Origin: a virus
Taxonomy: Duplodnaviria; Caudoviricetes
Direction: 5' to 3' (one strand)
Length of the DNA: 64,000 nt
IMG/VR virus record: IMGVR_UViG_3300006092_000356
Location: 10,513-74,512 of that record
Shown here: one piece after another, positions 8,191 through 16,761 of the stretch
Numbering within the stretch: the first letter of the stretch is position 1
How the letters are laid out: each line of letters starts with the position of its first letter
Translations under genes and position numbers: made by a program
The notes under the pieces: generated by a model
What the model was told of the DNA's origin: nothing
Database searches by the model: none
The model's input: the letters and a program-made list of their open reading frames with translations, nothing else

Positions 8191-8571
8191 ATGAATGATG
8201 ATATGCGTAATACCGCTGCCGGTATGGACGTGGACAGCATGATTGCTGAGTCGCAGGCGGCACGTGACCGTATTTATACCTCCCTTTTCAGCGGGGAGTC
8301 TGGTGACGACTTCGACGGTGCGGTCATTGATCACCTTCCTGCTACGGAGCAGGAGATCAAGGATAGCATCGCTGACTTGATGCATGTGACCACTACGGTC
8401 GTTCAGTCTCTTCGTTCTCTCGCCAGCGATCCCAACATTGATGTCAAGATGCGCCTTATTCTTATGCTGTCAGCCGCGTCTATTTCGGCTGCTACCAAGG
8501 ACGTTATTAGGCGCCTCATGACGACAGTGAAGGCTTCCCGTGCCTATGACGGTACCCGCGAGGCCGCCTGA
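8191..8571 (+). CDS. hypothetical protein
   Basis: ORF track. Confidence 0.65.
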   Translation: MNDDMRNTAAGMDVDSMIAESQAARDRIYTSLFSGESGDDFDGAVIDHLPATEQEIKDSIADLMHVTTTVVQSLRSLASDPNIDVKMRLILMLSAASISAATKDVIRRLMTTVKASRAYDGTREAA

Positions 8572-8789
8572 TGGCTAGGAAGGTAGGCATACTTGCTCTT
8601 TGTAGGGTGTCAGCTACACGCCCGCGTACCATTGAGCAAGTTATGTCTACCTTTTCTGATAAGTCGGAGGCTACCGCGTCGTTAGCCGCCGAGCGTGACA
8701 AACTACACAAGGAAGGAGGCGACCCCTACCTTGTTGCTCTTCTTCCGTATGATAGGAAGGGAGGGGCTTACTTGCCTCCTTCAGTATGA
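8571..8789 (+). CDS. hypothetical protein
   Basis: ORF track; TGATG overlap. Confidence 0.6.
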   Translation: MARKVGILALCRVSATRPRTIEQVMSTFSDKSEATASLAAERDKLHKEGGDPYLVALLPYDRKGGAYLPPSV

Positions 8790-8918
8790 CGGACGACACA
8801 CAAAAAGCTGACCCGTATGACGTGTTTTTTGCGAATTTGATTGCGTGGTTGAGTGCAAACAACTACATACTACGTATACCTAAAAAAGGCCCACCACAGA
8901 TATACAAGAAGGCACCAA

Positions 8919-9383
8919 ATGACCCAACGTACAGGCACACTTGAGAAGTGGGACACCCGCTTTCTGAAACTGTGCGCTCACATTTCTCAGTGGTCAAAAG
9001 ACCCTAGTACCAAGGTCGGCGCGGTAATCGCTAGAGCCGACAACACTATTGTTTCATTAGGGTACAACGGGTTCCCTAGAGGGGTTGTTGATGATGAGAG
9101 CAGGTATGCGGACAGACAGACGAAGCACAGGTTTGTGGTCCACGCGGAAGCGAACGCCATCCTGAACGCGAAGAGCGACCTAGCAGGATGCACGCTGTAC
9201 GTTGTTCCGTTGTTTCCGTGCAACGAGTGCGCCAAGCTGATTTGTCAGAGTGGGGTGAGCAGTGTAGTTTCTGTTAACGATGACTCTCGTATTCACTGGG
9301 CAGACGCTATGCGCGATGCTAAGCAGATGTTCAAAGAAGCAAACATTCATTGGGTGATATATGATCGCAAAGTTTTGGGATAA
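8919..9383 (+). CDS. dCMP deaminase
   Basis: SKDPSTKVGAVI, GYNG, HAEANAI, PCNEC Zn motifs. Confidence 0.92.
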   Translation: MTQRTGTLEKWDTRFLKLCAHISQWSKDPSTKVGAVIARADNTIVSLGYNGFPRGVVDDESRYADRQTKHRFVVHAEANAILNAKSDLAGCTLYVVPLFPCNECAKLICQSGVSSVVSVNDDSRIHWADAMRDAKQMFKEANIHWVIYDRKVLG

Positions 9384-9723
9384 AACCAAGCAGGTATTTA
9401 CTGTTGCGTTGGAAGGAGTGAAGGCCGTTTTTTGGAGAACGGTGCTATTTATCATGGCGCTACTTATGGCGTTACTAATGATCATTATTCCCATCGCTAC
9501 GTTCGCAGGTTTTGTTCTACTTGCCGGAGCCGTTTGGGGTGTCATTTTCGCGATCTTGTTTTGGGCCGCACCCGAGACCATGGTGACGCTGCGCGACTTC
9601 GTGCATTTTCCAGTTAAAGACCCCTTCTACGTCGGCTTCACCGTAGGGATTATTATTGTTCTGTTACGTGCTGTGTTCGCGAGAACACAACCGACAGTTA
9701 GAGGGTTCAATGAAAAATCTTAA
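9361..9723 (+). CDS. multi-pass membrane protein
   Basis: three or four hydrophobic segments. Confidence 0.6.
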   Translation: MIAKFWDKTKQVFTVALEGVKAVFWRTVLFIMALLMALLMIIIPIATFAGFVLLAGAVWGVIFAILFWAAPETMVTLRDFVHFPVKDPFYVGFTVGIIIVLLRAVFARTQPTVRGFNEKS

Positions 9724-10102
9724 CGACTTTTGCACCGCGATTTATGATCGTAGGACAGAGCTTTATGATACTGTTGGGTTCCATCCAACCGTAGGTGAAG
9801 TTATATCGCGTAACGATGTAGAAGTTGTGGGAACAAAAGATTTTGGTATTGATCCTAAGTCTTACAAGAAGCTGTATCCTAAAGTTTTAATGGCGTGTGA
9901 AAAGGACCAAGTAGTTCTGTTACTTGAAATGTACCCGAAATACGCACCTACACCGGACGTTATCTTGACGTGGTTAGCTCTCACTAGACGCGGGCTTCTT
10001 CCACAATTACTAGAAACCAGCAACAAAGGAAATGTCGAGCACTTTATGCTGGTCAACGCAGGTATCTCGGCAGCATTTGAAGCTATGGAGCGAAGAACAT
10101 GA
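9710..10102 (+). CDS. hypothetical protein
   Basis: GAGGG RBS before ATG 9710. Confidence 0.65.
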   Translation: MKNLNDFCTAIYDRRTELYDTVGFHPTVGEVISRNDVEVVGTKDFGIDPKSYKKLYPKVLMACEKDQVVLLLEMYPKYAPTPDVILTWLALTRRGLLPQLLETSNKGNVEHFMLVNAGISAAFEAMERRT

Positions 10103-10548
10103 ATTTGAGTGAAAGTCACGAAGCTGAAGTGCAGAAGGCCTTGCGCAATCTCAACGGCAACCCTGATAACGACCGCAAGGTTATTCAGGATATGTCTCCT
10201 GAGGCGCGAGCGGCTTTCGTTACATCAATGAACGCTGCAACCGCCAGCGCACGCGCGAACTATGACCCTGACCCGACTCAGGCTGTTGTCGATGTCGGGA
10301 GGGAGCTTATTGTTGGCCTCAAGGACGCCCTGAACCGGGTAGCAATTATCCTCCATATTCTTGATGAAGAGAAGATGCGCGACAGGTATGAAACCGCTAT
10401 GGGCAAAGAGGACTATGATGGGGTCAAGCGCCGCATCGGCGGTATGGGTTATTCCTTGACTCAGATCGGCAGCGAACTGGGGTACATCCTGTACGGCGCG
10501 CGTAACACAGCCCAACCTCCTGCTAGCGCGGAGGCCACCAATGACTGA
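10099..10548 (+). CDS. hypothetical protein
   Basis: ORF track; ATGA overlap. Confidence 0.65.
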   Translation: MNLSESHEAEVQKALRNLNGNPDNDRKVIQDMSPEARAAFVTSMNAATASARANYDPDPTQAVVDVGRELIVGLKDALNRVAIILHILDEEKMRDRYETAMGKEDYDGVKRRIGGMGYSLTQIGSELGYILYGARNTAQPPASAEATND

Positions 10549-10924
10549 CGAACAGAAGCCTCTCCCTAACGTTCTGAATGAAATCCTCAGCGGGAAGGTG
10601 AAAATCCAGGAACCTGACGAGATTGAACGTCAAGCTGACGCTATCTTCCGAAAGATCACTGGCGTTGATTTTGCGATTATTCGCGCAAAGTATGATCCCA
10701 AAGCTGACGTCATGTTGAACCAAGTCTTAACCGATCTCCAACAGGCAATGGGGGCGTTGGTGTGTGTTTTTGCCGCCCTGAACCGGATGTTGTTGACAAG
10801 TGAGGTTAAGGAGCTTTTCAAGGATGAGCCTAACTCTCTGATCCGCGAACGCGCCAAGGTCACCGGGCTTACTCGGGAATTTGTTGCGGTGTACACCAAT
10901 ACGTCTAAGAGCCTGTTCAAGTAA
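10541..10924 (+). CDS. hypothetical protein
   Basis: ORF track; GGAGG RBS. Confidence 0.65.
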   Translation: MTDEQKPLPNVLNEILSGKVKIQEPDEIERQADAIFRKITGVDFAIIRAKYDPKADVMLNQVLTDLQQAMGALVCVFAALNRMLLTSEVKELFKDEPNSLIRERAKVTGLTREFVAVYTNTSKSLFK

Positions 10925-10925
10925 T

Positions 10926-10962
10926 CAATGAAGGCTGTCTACCACCAAGACAGCCTTTATTG
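10926..10962. terminator. intrinsic terminator hairpin
   Basis: CAATGAAGGCTGTCT-accacca-AGACAGCCTTTATTG. Confidence 0.75.
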
Positions 10963-10964
10963 AG

Positions 10965-10993
10965 TTGACAGTGTTAACTAATTATGTTAACCA
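10965..10993 (+). promoter_or_regulatory. putative late promoter TTGACA-N14-TGTTAACCA
   Basis: same architecture at 11838 and 16657. Confidence 0.65.
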
Positions 10994-11032
10994 CACACTA
11001 GGAAGCAAACCACGCGTCTTAGGTGTGGTCTT

Positions 11033-11815
11033 ATGGTTAACAGCCGCGACAATCCAATCGATCTTTTTTGGTCCAAAGTTCCCGAAGAGCGGGACGGGTT
11101 AGACCTTAATAGTGTTCGTGACTGGCGCGCTTTTATTGTTGAAGACCCTGTGAACGGGCCTACGACAGGTTCGTTTTACGTATTTGTGTATACAACTAAT
11201 ACCAACGGTAAAAAGTACGTCCTCCAGAAGGCGTACAAACTGTTGACTGGTGAAGTGTATTACCGTACCGCTACCAGCGGCACGTGGAGCGGCTGGGTGT
11301 CAGGCGTTGCGACGCGGGTTATCCAGACACACCGGGAACCTCCTGAGCCTGTCAACGCGACTACGCTTGCTGGCATCCTTCCGTCTCAGGGAACACTTAT
11401 CTCCCAGGTAGAGGCCCTGACAAACGCGGCTGAACAAGCCGCTATTGACAAAGCTGCTTCTGACGCCGAACACGCTGCGGCCATTGCTGCAAGCAACGCC
11501 GCTCGTGATGCTGCTCTTGCGCGTGTTGCAACGCTTGAAGCACAGTTACACCCAGTTGATGCTAACGGATTCGCTGTTCTTACTCCTGTACAGTTTCTAA
11601 AACAGTTGGAAATTTCAGGGTTCGGTGAAGCAGTAATCATGGAAGCACTGAAAGTGATTCCTAATGAGATCGAACGACGTCTAGCGTACATTGATCTGGT
11701 GTACCGTCTTGAGTACAGACGGGATCATCCGCGCGTTCAGGAAATCGCCACACTGCTTGGGCTGACGTCTGAGCAAGTTGACGCGATGTGGCACGCTGCT
11801 TCGTTACTGAATTAA
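11033..11815 (+). CDS. putative fibre/knob-like virion protein with C-terminal chaperone-like domain
   Basis: Q.AY...TGEVYYRT..SGTWSGW knob-like motif; Ala-rich coiled coil; C-terminal LGLT.EQVDAMW..A..L. Confidence 0.5.
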   Translation: MVNSRDNPIDLFWSKVPEERDGLDLNSVRDWRAFIVEDPVNGPTTGSFYVFVYTTNTNGKKYVLQKAYKLLTGEVYYRTATSGTWSGWVSGVATRVIQTHREPPEPVNATTLAGILPSQGTLISQVEALTNAAEQAAIDKAASDAEHAAAIAASNAARDAALARVATLEAQLHPVDANGFAVLTPVQFLKQLEISGFGEAVIMEALKVIPNEIERRLAYIDLVYRLEYRRDHPRVQEIATLLGLTSEQVDAMWHAASLLN

Positions 11816-11837
11816 TCTTCTTTTTTACTTAATGTGG

Positions 11838-11866
11838 TTGACTAATCAACAATATTGTGTTAACCA
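11838..11866 (+). promoter_or_regulatory. putative late promoter TTGACT-N14-TGTTAACCA
   Basis: upstream of scaffold; repeated architecture. Confidence 0.65.
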
Positions 11867-11913
11867 TAAAAATATCGCCGCAGGGTGCGGCACCAACAGA
11901 ACGGTGTTCTAAT

Positions 11914-12687
11914 ATGCCTGATATTACTTTTACTTCTTTAGATCAGATTCCCGACGGTCTTAAGGAGTACGCTAAACAAGCAGACGGGAAGTTTGTTGTT
12001 AACGTTGTTCCTAACGCAAAGCTTACGGAATTCCGTGACAACAACATTAAATTTGCGCAGGAGCGTGACGCAGCAAAAGCTACGGTTGAAGCACTTACAG
12101 CTATTGTTGGGTCTGATCCAGAAAAGTTTAAAGCTGAGCTTGTCGATTTACGCTCTACTGCTCAGAAGGTGAAAGACGGGCAACTTAAAGGCTCGGATGC
12201 AATCACCAAAGAAGTTGAAGCAAGGCTTGAGGCCGCAACGGCGTCGTTAAAAACGCAGTTATCGGAAATGGGCACCAAGCTAAATACGTCTGAAACGGCG
12301 AGTATGTCGTGGAAGGCAAAGTTTGAGCGACAGGTATTGCGCGAGCATATCACCGCAGCAGTTGTCGCTAAGGACAGTATCGCGAACCCCGCTGCGCTGG
12401 GGGATATCATTTCCCGCGCAGAGCAGGTGTTCCGAGTGAAAGATGACGGTATCGTCCCCATGAAGGGCGACACTATCATTTACGGAGCAGACGGCGCAAG
12501 CCCGATGACTCCAAAGGAGTGGTTAACCAAGTTGGTTGAAACTGCTCCGTACTTTGGTAAGGAATCCAGTGGCGGCGGTGCCGGCACTAAGCAGGGTGAT
12601 GCTGCTTACGGTGGTCTCTCTAGGGAGGCTTTCCAGGCTCTTTCCCCTGAGGAACGTATTACCCGCGCGCGTTCTGCGGCTCGGTAA
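11914..12687 (+). CDS. capsid scaffolding protein
   Basis: coiled-coil composition, FRDNN motif, APYF..SSGGGA C-terminal signature; directly upstream of capsid. Confidence 0.75.
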   Translation: MPDITFTSLDQIPDGLKEYAKQADGKFVVNVVPNAKLTEFRDNNIKFAQERDAAKATVEALTAIVGSDPEKFKAELVDLRSTAQKVKDGQLKGSDAITKEVEARLEAATASLKTQLSEMGTKLNTSETASMSWKAKFERQVLREHITAAVVAKDSIANPAALGDIISRAEQVFRVKDDGIVPMKGDTIIYGADGASPMTPKEWLTKLVETAPYFGKESSGGGAGTKQGDAAYGGLSREAFQALSPEERITRARSAAR

Positions 12688-12756
12688 GACCGATGAAATG
12701 ACACTCCGGGGGAGTGGGAAAAAACAGAAAACAACAACTCCCTCTGGAGGTCTATT

Positions 12757-13686
12757 ATGGCATTAACTCTTCTCGAAGCCAGCAAGCTTAATTCTGGCGA
12801 CGTTGTTCGTTCGGGCGTGATTGAGATGTTCGCTCGGTCGAGCGAAATTCTTCGCGTTCTTCCTTTTCTTGACGTTCCCGGTGGCGCTTATCACTATACG
12901 CAGGAAGGCGTTCTTCCCGGCGTGGCGTTCCGTGGCGTGAACGAAGGGTTCAGTGAGTCTAGCGGTATCGTCGTTCCCCAGGTCGAAATGCTCCGTATCG
13001 CTGGTGGCGATCTCGACGTGGACCGCGCGATTATGAAGCGTCATGGTGTCGGCGTCCGCGCTACACATGAAATGATGAAAGTCAAGGCGCTTTCACTCTA
13101 CATTGGTAAGAAGTTCATCAAGGGTGATTCGCTTACGAACCCGAAAGAGTTTGACGGTCTACAGAACCGTATCACGGGTCCGCAGCTTATCGATGCTGGT
13201 TCGACGAACGGTGGTGATCCTCTGAGCCTCATCAAGCTCGACGAGGCGATTGACGCTGTTGACTTCCCGACGCATCTTATCATGAGCAAGGCGATGGTCC
13301 GCCGGCTTACGGCTGCTGCGCGTAGTACGTCCGTTGGCGGTTTCATCACCTACGGTAAGGACGAGTTTGGTCGTAAGATCACGATGTACAACGATCTTCC
13401 GATTCTGGTCCTTGATCACGACGAGACTGGCGCCCGCGTTCTCGACTTCAATGAGGTCGGTCCCGGTGGTTCGACGGCAACGGCTACTTCGATTTACATT
13501 CTCTCTATCGGTAATGGTATGATTTCCGGTCTACAGAATGGTGTAATGGAAGTCCGTGATCTCGGCGAGATCGATTCCAAGCCCGTTTGGCGTACACGCG
13601 TTGAGTGGGATATCGGCCTCGTGACGATGCATCCGCGATGCGCTGCGCGTCTTTGGGGTATTAGCAACGCGGCAGTGGTTGCGTAA
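12757..13686 (+). CDS. major capsid protein
   Basis: MALTLLEASKL start, GVAFRGVNEG, F.GDS...PKEFDGL..R, RVEWD.GL. Confidence 0.9.
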   Translation: MALTLLEASKLNSGDVVRSGVIEMFARSSEILRVLPFLDVPGGAYHYTQEGVLPGVAFRGVNEGFSESSGIVVPQVEMLRIAGGDLDVDRAIMKRHGVGVRATHEMMKVKALSLYIGKKFIKGDSLTNPKEFDGLQNRITGPQLIDAGSTNGGDPLSLIKLDEAIDAVDFPTHLIMSKAMVRRLTAAARSTSVGGFITYGKDEFGRKITMYNDLPILVLDHDETGARVLDFNEVGPGGSTATATSIYILSIGNGMISGLQNGVMEVRDLGEIDSKPVWRTRVEWDIGLVTMHPRCAARLWGISNAAVVA

Positions 13687-13747
13687 GGCTGATGGTGGGG
13701 TTGATAGCCCCACCCACCTAGCTGAAAACGAACAAGGAGACTAAAAA

Positions 13748-14218
13748 ATGAGTGTTAATTCTTCGCGTATGCGTCACCTTATTGACACAGCTTCGGCAGT
13801 TACGCTTCGTAACGTTGATGACGGCGCTGAGACTTCGACGGCAACCGAGACGCCGGTTTCGCTAAATGAGCTTGATACGGCTTATTGGCATGACGGTAAG
13901 GAAATTCCTAACTCCGTGATTGCCGTTCAGGTTTTCATCACGGCTTGTGATAGCGGCAGCGGTGACGAGACTTACGTTCTCACCATTCAGGTTGACGACA
14001 CGTCGGATCATTCGAACTCGCCGGTTACAGTCGCTACTATGACTGTTCCTCGCGGTACTACAGGTCCGTTCATGATGTATGTGGACGCCAAGTCAATTCC
14101 GACTTTCGATACCGATTCGTCTGGTACCGATAAGTGGATTGCTATCAAGGCCACGCTCGGCGGGACTACGCCGTCGATCACGTATGGTGCCTTCATGGCT
14201 AAGGAACTCCGTGGCTAA
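13748..14218 (+). CDS. putative capsid decoration/minor capsid protein
   Basis: follows capsid gene; beta-rich. Confidence 0.55.
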   Translation: MSVNSSRMRHLIDTASAVTLRNVDDGAETSTATETPVSLNELDTAYWHDGKEIPNSVIAVQVFITACDSGSGDETYVLTIQVDDTSDHSNSPVTVATMTVPRGTTGPFMMYVDAKSIPTFDTDSSGTDKWIAIKATLGGTTPSITYGAFMAKELRG

Positions 14219-14236
14219 TAACGGCTACGGGTCAAC

Positions 14237-14270
14237 AGGCGTCAGGCTGTAATGGCCTGCGCCTTCTTTT
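14237..14270 (+). terminator. intrinsic terminator after decoration gene; 5' arm also complementary to next RBS
   Basis: AGGCG(T)CAGGC-tgtaatg-GCCTGCGCCT then TCTTTT. Confidence 0.6.
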
Positions 14271-14286
14271 GTATGGAGCCTGACAA

Positions 14287-14778
14287 ATGGTAATTTCTGA
14301 TAATTCAAAGCCCACGATCAATATGATCGGCGGTATTCCTAACTCTCCACAGGTAAACCGTGTTAGCGGTTCACGTCGCCCTCCTGTTAGTATGATGAAA
14401 GTCCGTTCACCGGCTGGTGTGGTTGAAACACACACCGCACCTAATGCGCGTGATTTAATTCGTTTCCACGGGTATAAACAGGCTAGCGCTCCGACTATTG
14501 TTGACGACCACCCGGATGCTCTTCGCCAGCAGTCTATGATTGAGGCTATGCGCGAACAGGAAGAAGCGCATTTCGCCGCTCAAGAAGAAGCTGAAAGCGC
14601 TGGTAATCTTCCAGAAGTTGATCAGAGCGGAGCAGACAACAGTGCAGAAGACCCTAACGCCAAAGCGTTAGAAGCCCTTGCAGCGCTCCGTGTCCGATAC
14701 AAGGAAGTTACCGGTAAGGACGCACACCCGCGCATGGGTGCCAAGAAAATGCAGGAAGAGATTGACGCTGCCGCGTAA
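14287..14778 (+). CDS. hypothetical protein with C-terminal HeH/LEM-like motif
   Basis: YKEVTGKDAHPRMGAKKMQEEI. Confidence 0.6.
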   Translation: MVISDNSKPTINMIGGIPNSPQVNRVSGSRRPPVSMMKVRSPAGVVETHTAPNARDLIRFHGYKQASAPTIVDDHPDALRQQSMIEAMREQEEAHFAAQEEAESAGNLPEVDQSGADNSAEDPNAKALEALAALRVRYKEVTGKDAHPRMGAKKMQEEIDAAA

Positions 14779-14781
14779 TAG

Positions 14782-14806
14782 TTGACTTCTTGTTCGTTTG
14801 TGTTAA
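14782..14806 (+). promoter_or_regulatory. putative late promoter TTGACT-N13-TGTTAA
   Basis: variant of the repeated architecture. Confidence 0.5.
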
Positions 14807-14839
14807 TTTAACCCCTCGCCCAACAACGAGGGGTTAAAT
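14806..14839 (+). promoter_or_regulatory. 13-bp hairpin covering the RBS of the head-tail adaptor gene
   Basis: ATTTAACCCCTCG-8nt-CGAGGGGTTAAAT, ATG at 14841. Confidence 0.7.
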
Positions 14840-14840
14840 T

Positions 14841-15356
14841 ATGGCTATCACTGTGGAAGATGGTACTGTAGTGGCAGGCGCTAACAGTTACGTTAGCGTG
14901 GCGTTTGCTGACGCGTACTTCTCACCTGATTTGAATTTTTCTACTACGTGGGATGCATTAACAAATGATGCGAAAGAAAATTCCCTTATATGGGCTACAC
15001 GTATTCTCGATCAAAAAGTGCGGTGGAAAGGCAGTAAAAGTGATGAAACAAGTGATTTACGTTGGCCTCGTACTGGCCTTGTTGATCGCGACGATGTAAC
15101 TATTGAAGACAATGAAATCCCTCTCCAACTAAAAGAACTTACGTGTGAAGTTGCCAAATTTTTACAGACAACAGACGCTACGGTTTCTCAAGGCGGCGAT
15201 GCTTTGAAAGCTATCGTTGTTGATGTTATTGAAATTCAATATCAAGATGGCGCTGTACAACCATCTACCCCGCCGTTGTTCAACCAGCTATTGCGTAACA
15301 TTGGTTTCTATCCAATGGCTAGCGGACACGTGTTCGGAAAAATTGTGAAGGTGTAA
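14841..15356 (+). CDS. head-tail adaptor (DnaT-like ssDNA-binding domain family)
   Basis: VEDGT.VAGANSYVSVA.AD.Y, A...LD....W.G, L.WPR motifs. Confidence 0.8.
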   Translation: MAITVEDGTVVAGANSYVSVAFADAYFSPDLNFSTTWDALTNDAKENSLIWATRILDQKVRWKGSKSDETSDLRWPRTGLVDRDDVTIEDNEIPLQLKELTCEVAKFLQTTDATVSQGGDALKAIVVDVIEIQYQDGAVQPSTPPLFNQLLRNIGFYPMASGHVFGKIVKV

Positions 15357-15357
15357 A

Positions 15358-15723
15358 ATGGCACTGACTGTCACCGTAAAAGCTGGTGTTGATAAAGCCT
15401 TCACAGCGGCTGGGGATTTTATTTCTTCTGTCAACTACGTTGTAGCTGGGCCAGGGTCTTACAATCCTGTTACAGACACTACCACTACAACAGCCACCAC
15501 TTATAGTGCGGTACGTTGTGCGCTGGTGAAACTCAAGGACGACGAGGTGTCATGGTTTCCTGCTGATTCTATTATGCAGAAAGCCCTAATTCCGTACAAC
15601 GCTCTTCCCATTACGCCTGTAGTCGAGGACTATCTTGTTATTGACGGTGTCACGTGGCAGATCACGAAAATAACACCTGTCCCTGGACGTGTTGTTCACA
15701 TTCTGTACGTTAGGAAAACGTAA
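15358..15723 (+). CDS. head closure protein
   Basis: position; G.YNP.T motif; beta-barrel-like size. Confidence 0.6.
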   Translation: MALTVTVKAGVDKAFTAAGDFISSVNYVVAGPGSYNPVTDTTTTTATTYSAVRCALVKLKDDEVSWFPADSIMQKALIPYNALPITPVVEDYLVIDGVTWQITKITPVPGRVVHILYVRKT

Positions 15724-16220
15724 TGAGTGTAAAATTTGTAAACGTCTCTGACTTTATTGGGGACATTCAAAAAGAAATTGACGAGATTAAAAACAAGGCT
15801 GTAATTGAAGTCCGCAAGGCCGTTTCTGTTATCATGATGGAGCTTATGTCCAGGACGCCTGTGTGGTCAGGAGAGACCGTCAGGAATTACCGCGTAGGCG
15901 TCAATTCCATGCCCTCAGGCACGCTTGCCGCTTTAGGTACCGGGTATCCTGGTGACACTAATGAAATGTCTTTGGGTCCTGAGCCTAGGCGTGATGAAAA
16001 CCAGAGCGCAGCGCTGGAAGAAGCCATGCAGGTTGCTGCATCATTCAACACGTTAAACCAGACTGTGTTCATTACAAATACGGTACGTTCTGATAAGTGG
16101 GACTTAGTTGATAACGGCGATGCACCAGAACGTAGTGCAAAATTATCACCACGCTATCCGGGCGTGGTTTCCTTGCTTGCGGAGCAAAGTGCCCGCGCCA
16201 AACTGGAGCATTTTAAATGA
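15723..16220 (+). CDS. tail completion/neck protein (HK97 gp10-like)
   Basis: RTPVWSG..R.N..V motif; position. Confidence 0.65.
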   Translation: MSVKFVNVSDFIGDIQKEIDEIKNKAVIEVRKAVSVIMMELMSRTPVWSGETVRNYRVGVNSMPSGTLAALGTGYPGDTNEMSLGPEPRRDENQSAALEEAMQVAASFNTLNQTVFITNTVRSDKWDLVDNGDAPERSAKLSPRYPGVVSLLAEQSARAKLEHFK

Positions 16221-16654
16221 GTAACACACCTAGTGAAGATGTTCGCGCGCACTTGTCTCAGCATATTATAAACAAAGTAGGAACCGCGCTGCCTACGACT
16301 AAGGTGTATTTCCAAGGTCAGAAGTATACACAACCTGTAGGCGTAACGTGGGCTTTTGTTACCATTGCGGACAATGATACGTGTAAAGCCGCTTTAGGGT
16401 CTAACGGTAAATACAAAACACTAGGTGCTGTTCAAGTCCAGTGTATGTCACCGGAGGACAGGGGAACGAAAGAATTGCGAGAACTAGTTGACGTAATGAC
16501 CCGTACCCTTGCTGATCAACAGGTAAATGTTCCTGGTAGCGGGTCAATTACGCTTTATGGTGTCAAAAAAATAAACAGAGGTACCATAAATGGGTGGATG
16601 ACGTTTAATGTAGTGTGTGAATTCAGATATTGGCATACCTTATCTTCACTATAA
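16217..16654 (+). CDS. tail terminator protein
   Basis: position before tail tube; G.VQVQ...P...G motif. Confidence 0.7.
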   Translation: MSNTPSEDVRAHLSQHIINKVGTALPTTKVYFQGQKYTQPVGVTWAFVTIADNDTCKAALGSNGKYKTLGAVQVQCMSPEDRGTKELRELVDVMTRTLADQQVNVPGSGSITLYGVKKINRGTINGWMTFNVVCEFRYWHTLSSL

Positions 16655-16656
16655 GT

Positions 16657-16685
16657 TTGACTTTTCATTGCCGATATGTTAACCA
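16657..16685 (+). promoter_or_regulatory. putative late promoter TTGACT-N14-TGTTAACCA
   Basis: upstream of tail tube; repeated architecture. Confidence 0.65.
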
Positions 16686-16761
16686 AGCAAATGGAAAAGC
16701 GCGGGGCGCGTAGGGCTTTTGCCCGTCCAAAAATAATAACAACGCGTCAGGAGATAACCTA

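Noticed and set aside
10965-10992. dif-like Xer site (TTATGTTAACC resembles the XerD arm)
   Set aside because: The left arm does not resemble a XerC arm. The sequence is better explained by the repeated promoter architecture.
13693-13719. Terminator after the major capsid gene
   Set aside because: A hairpin is present but has no U tract; more likely a stability or pausing element.
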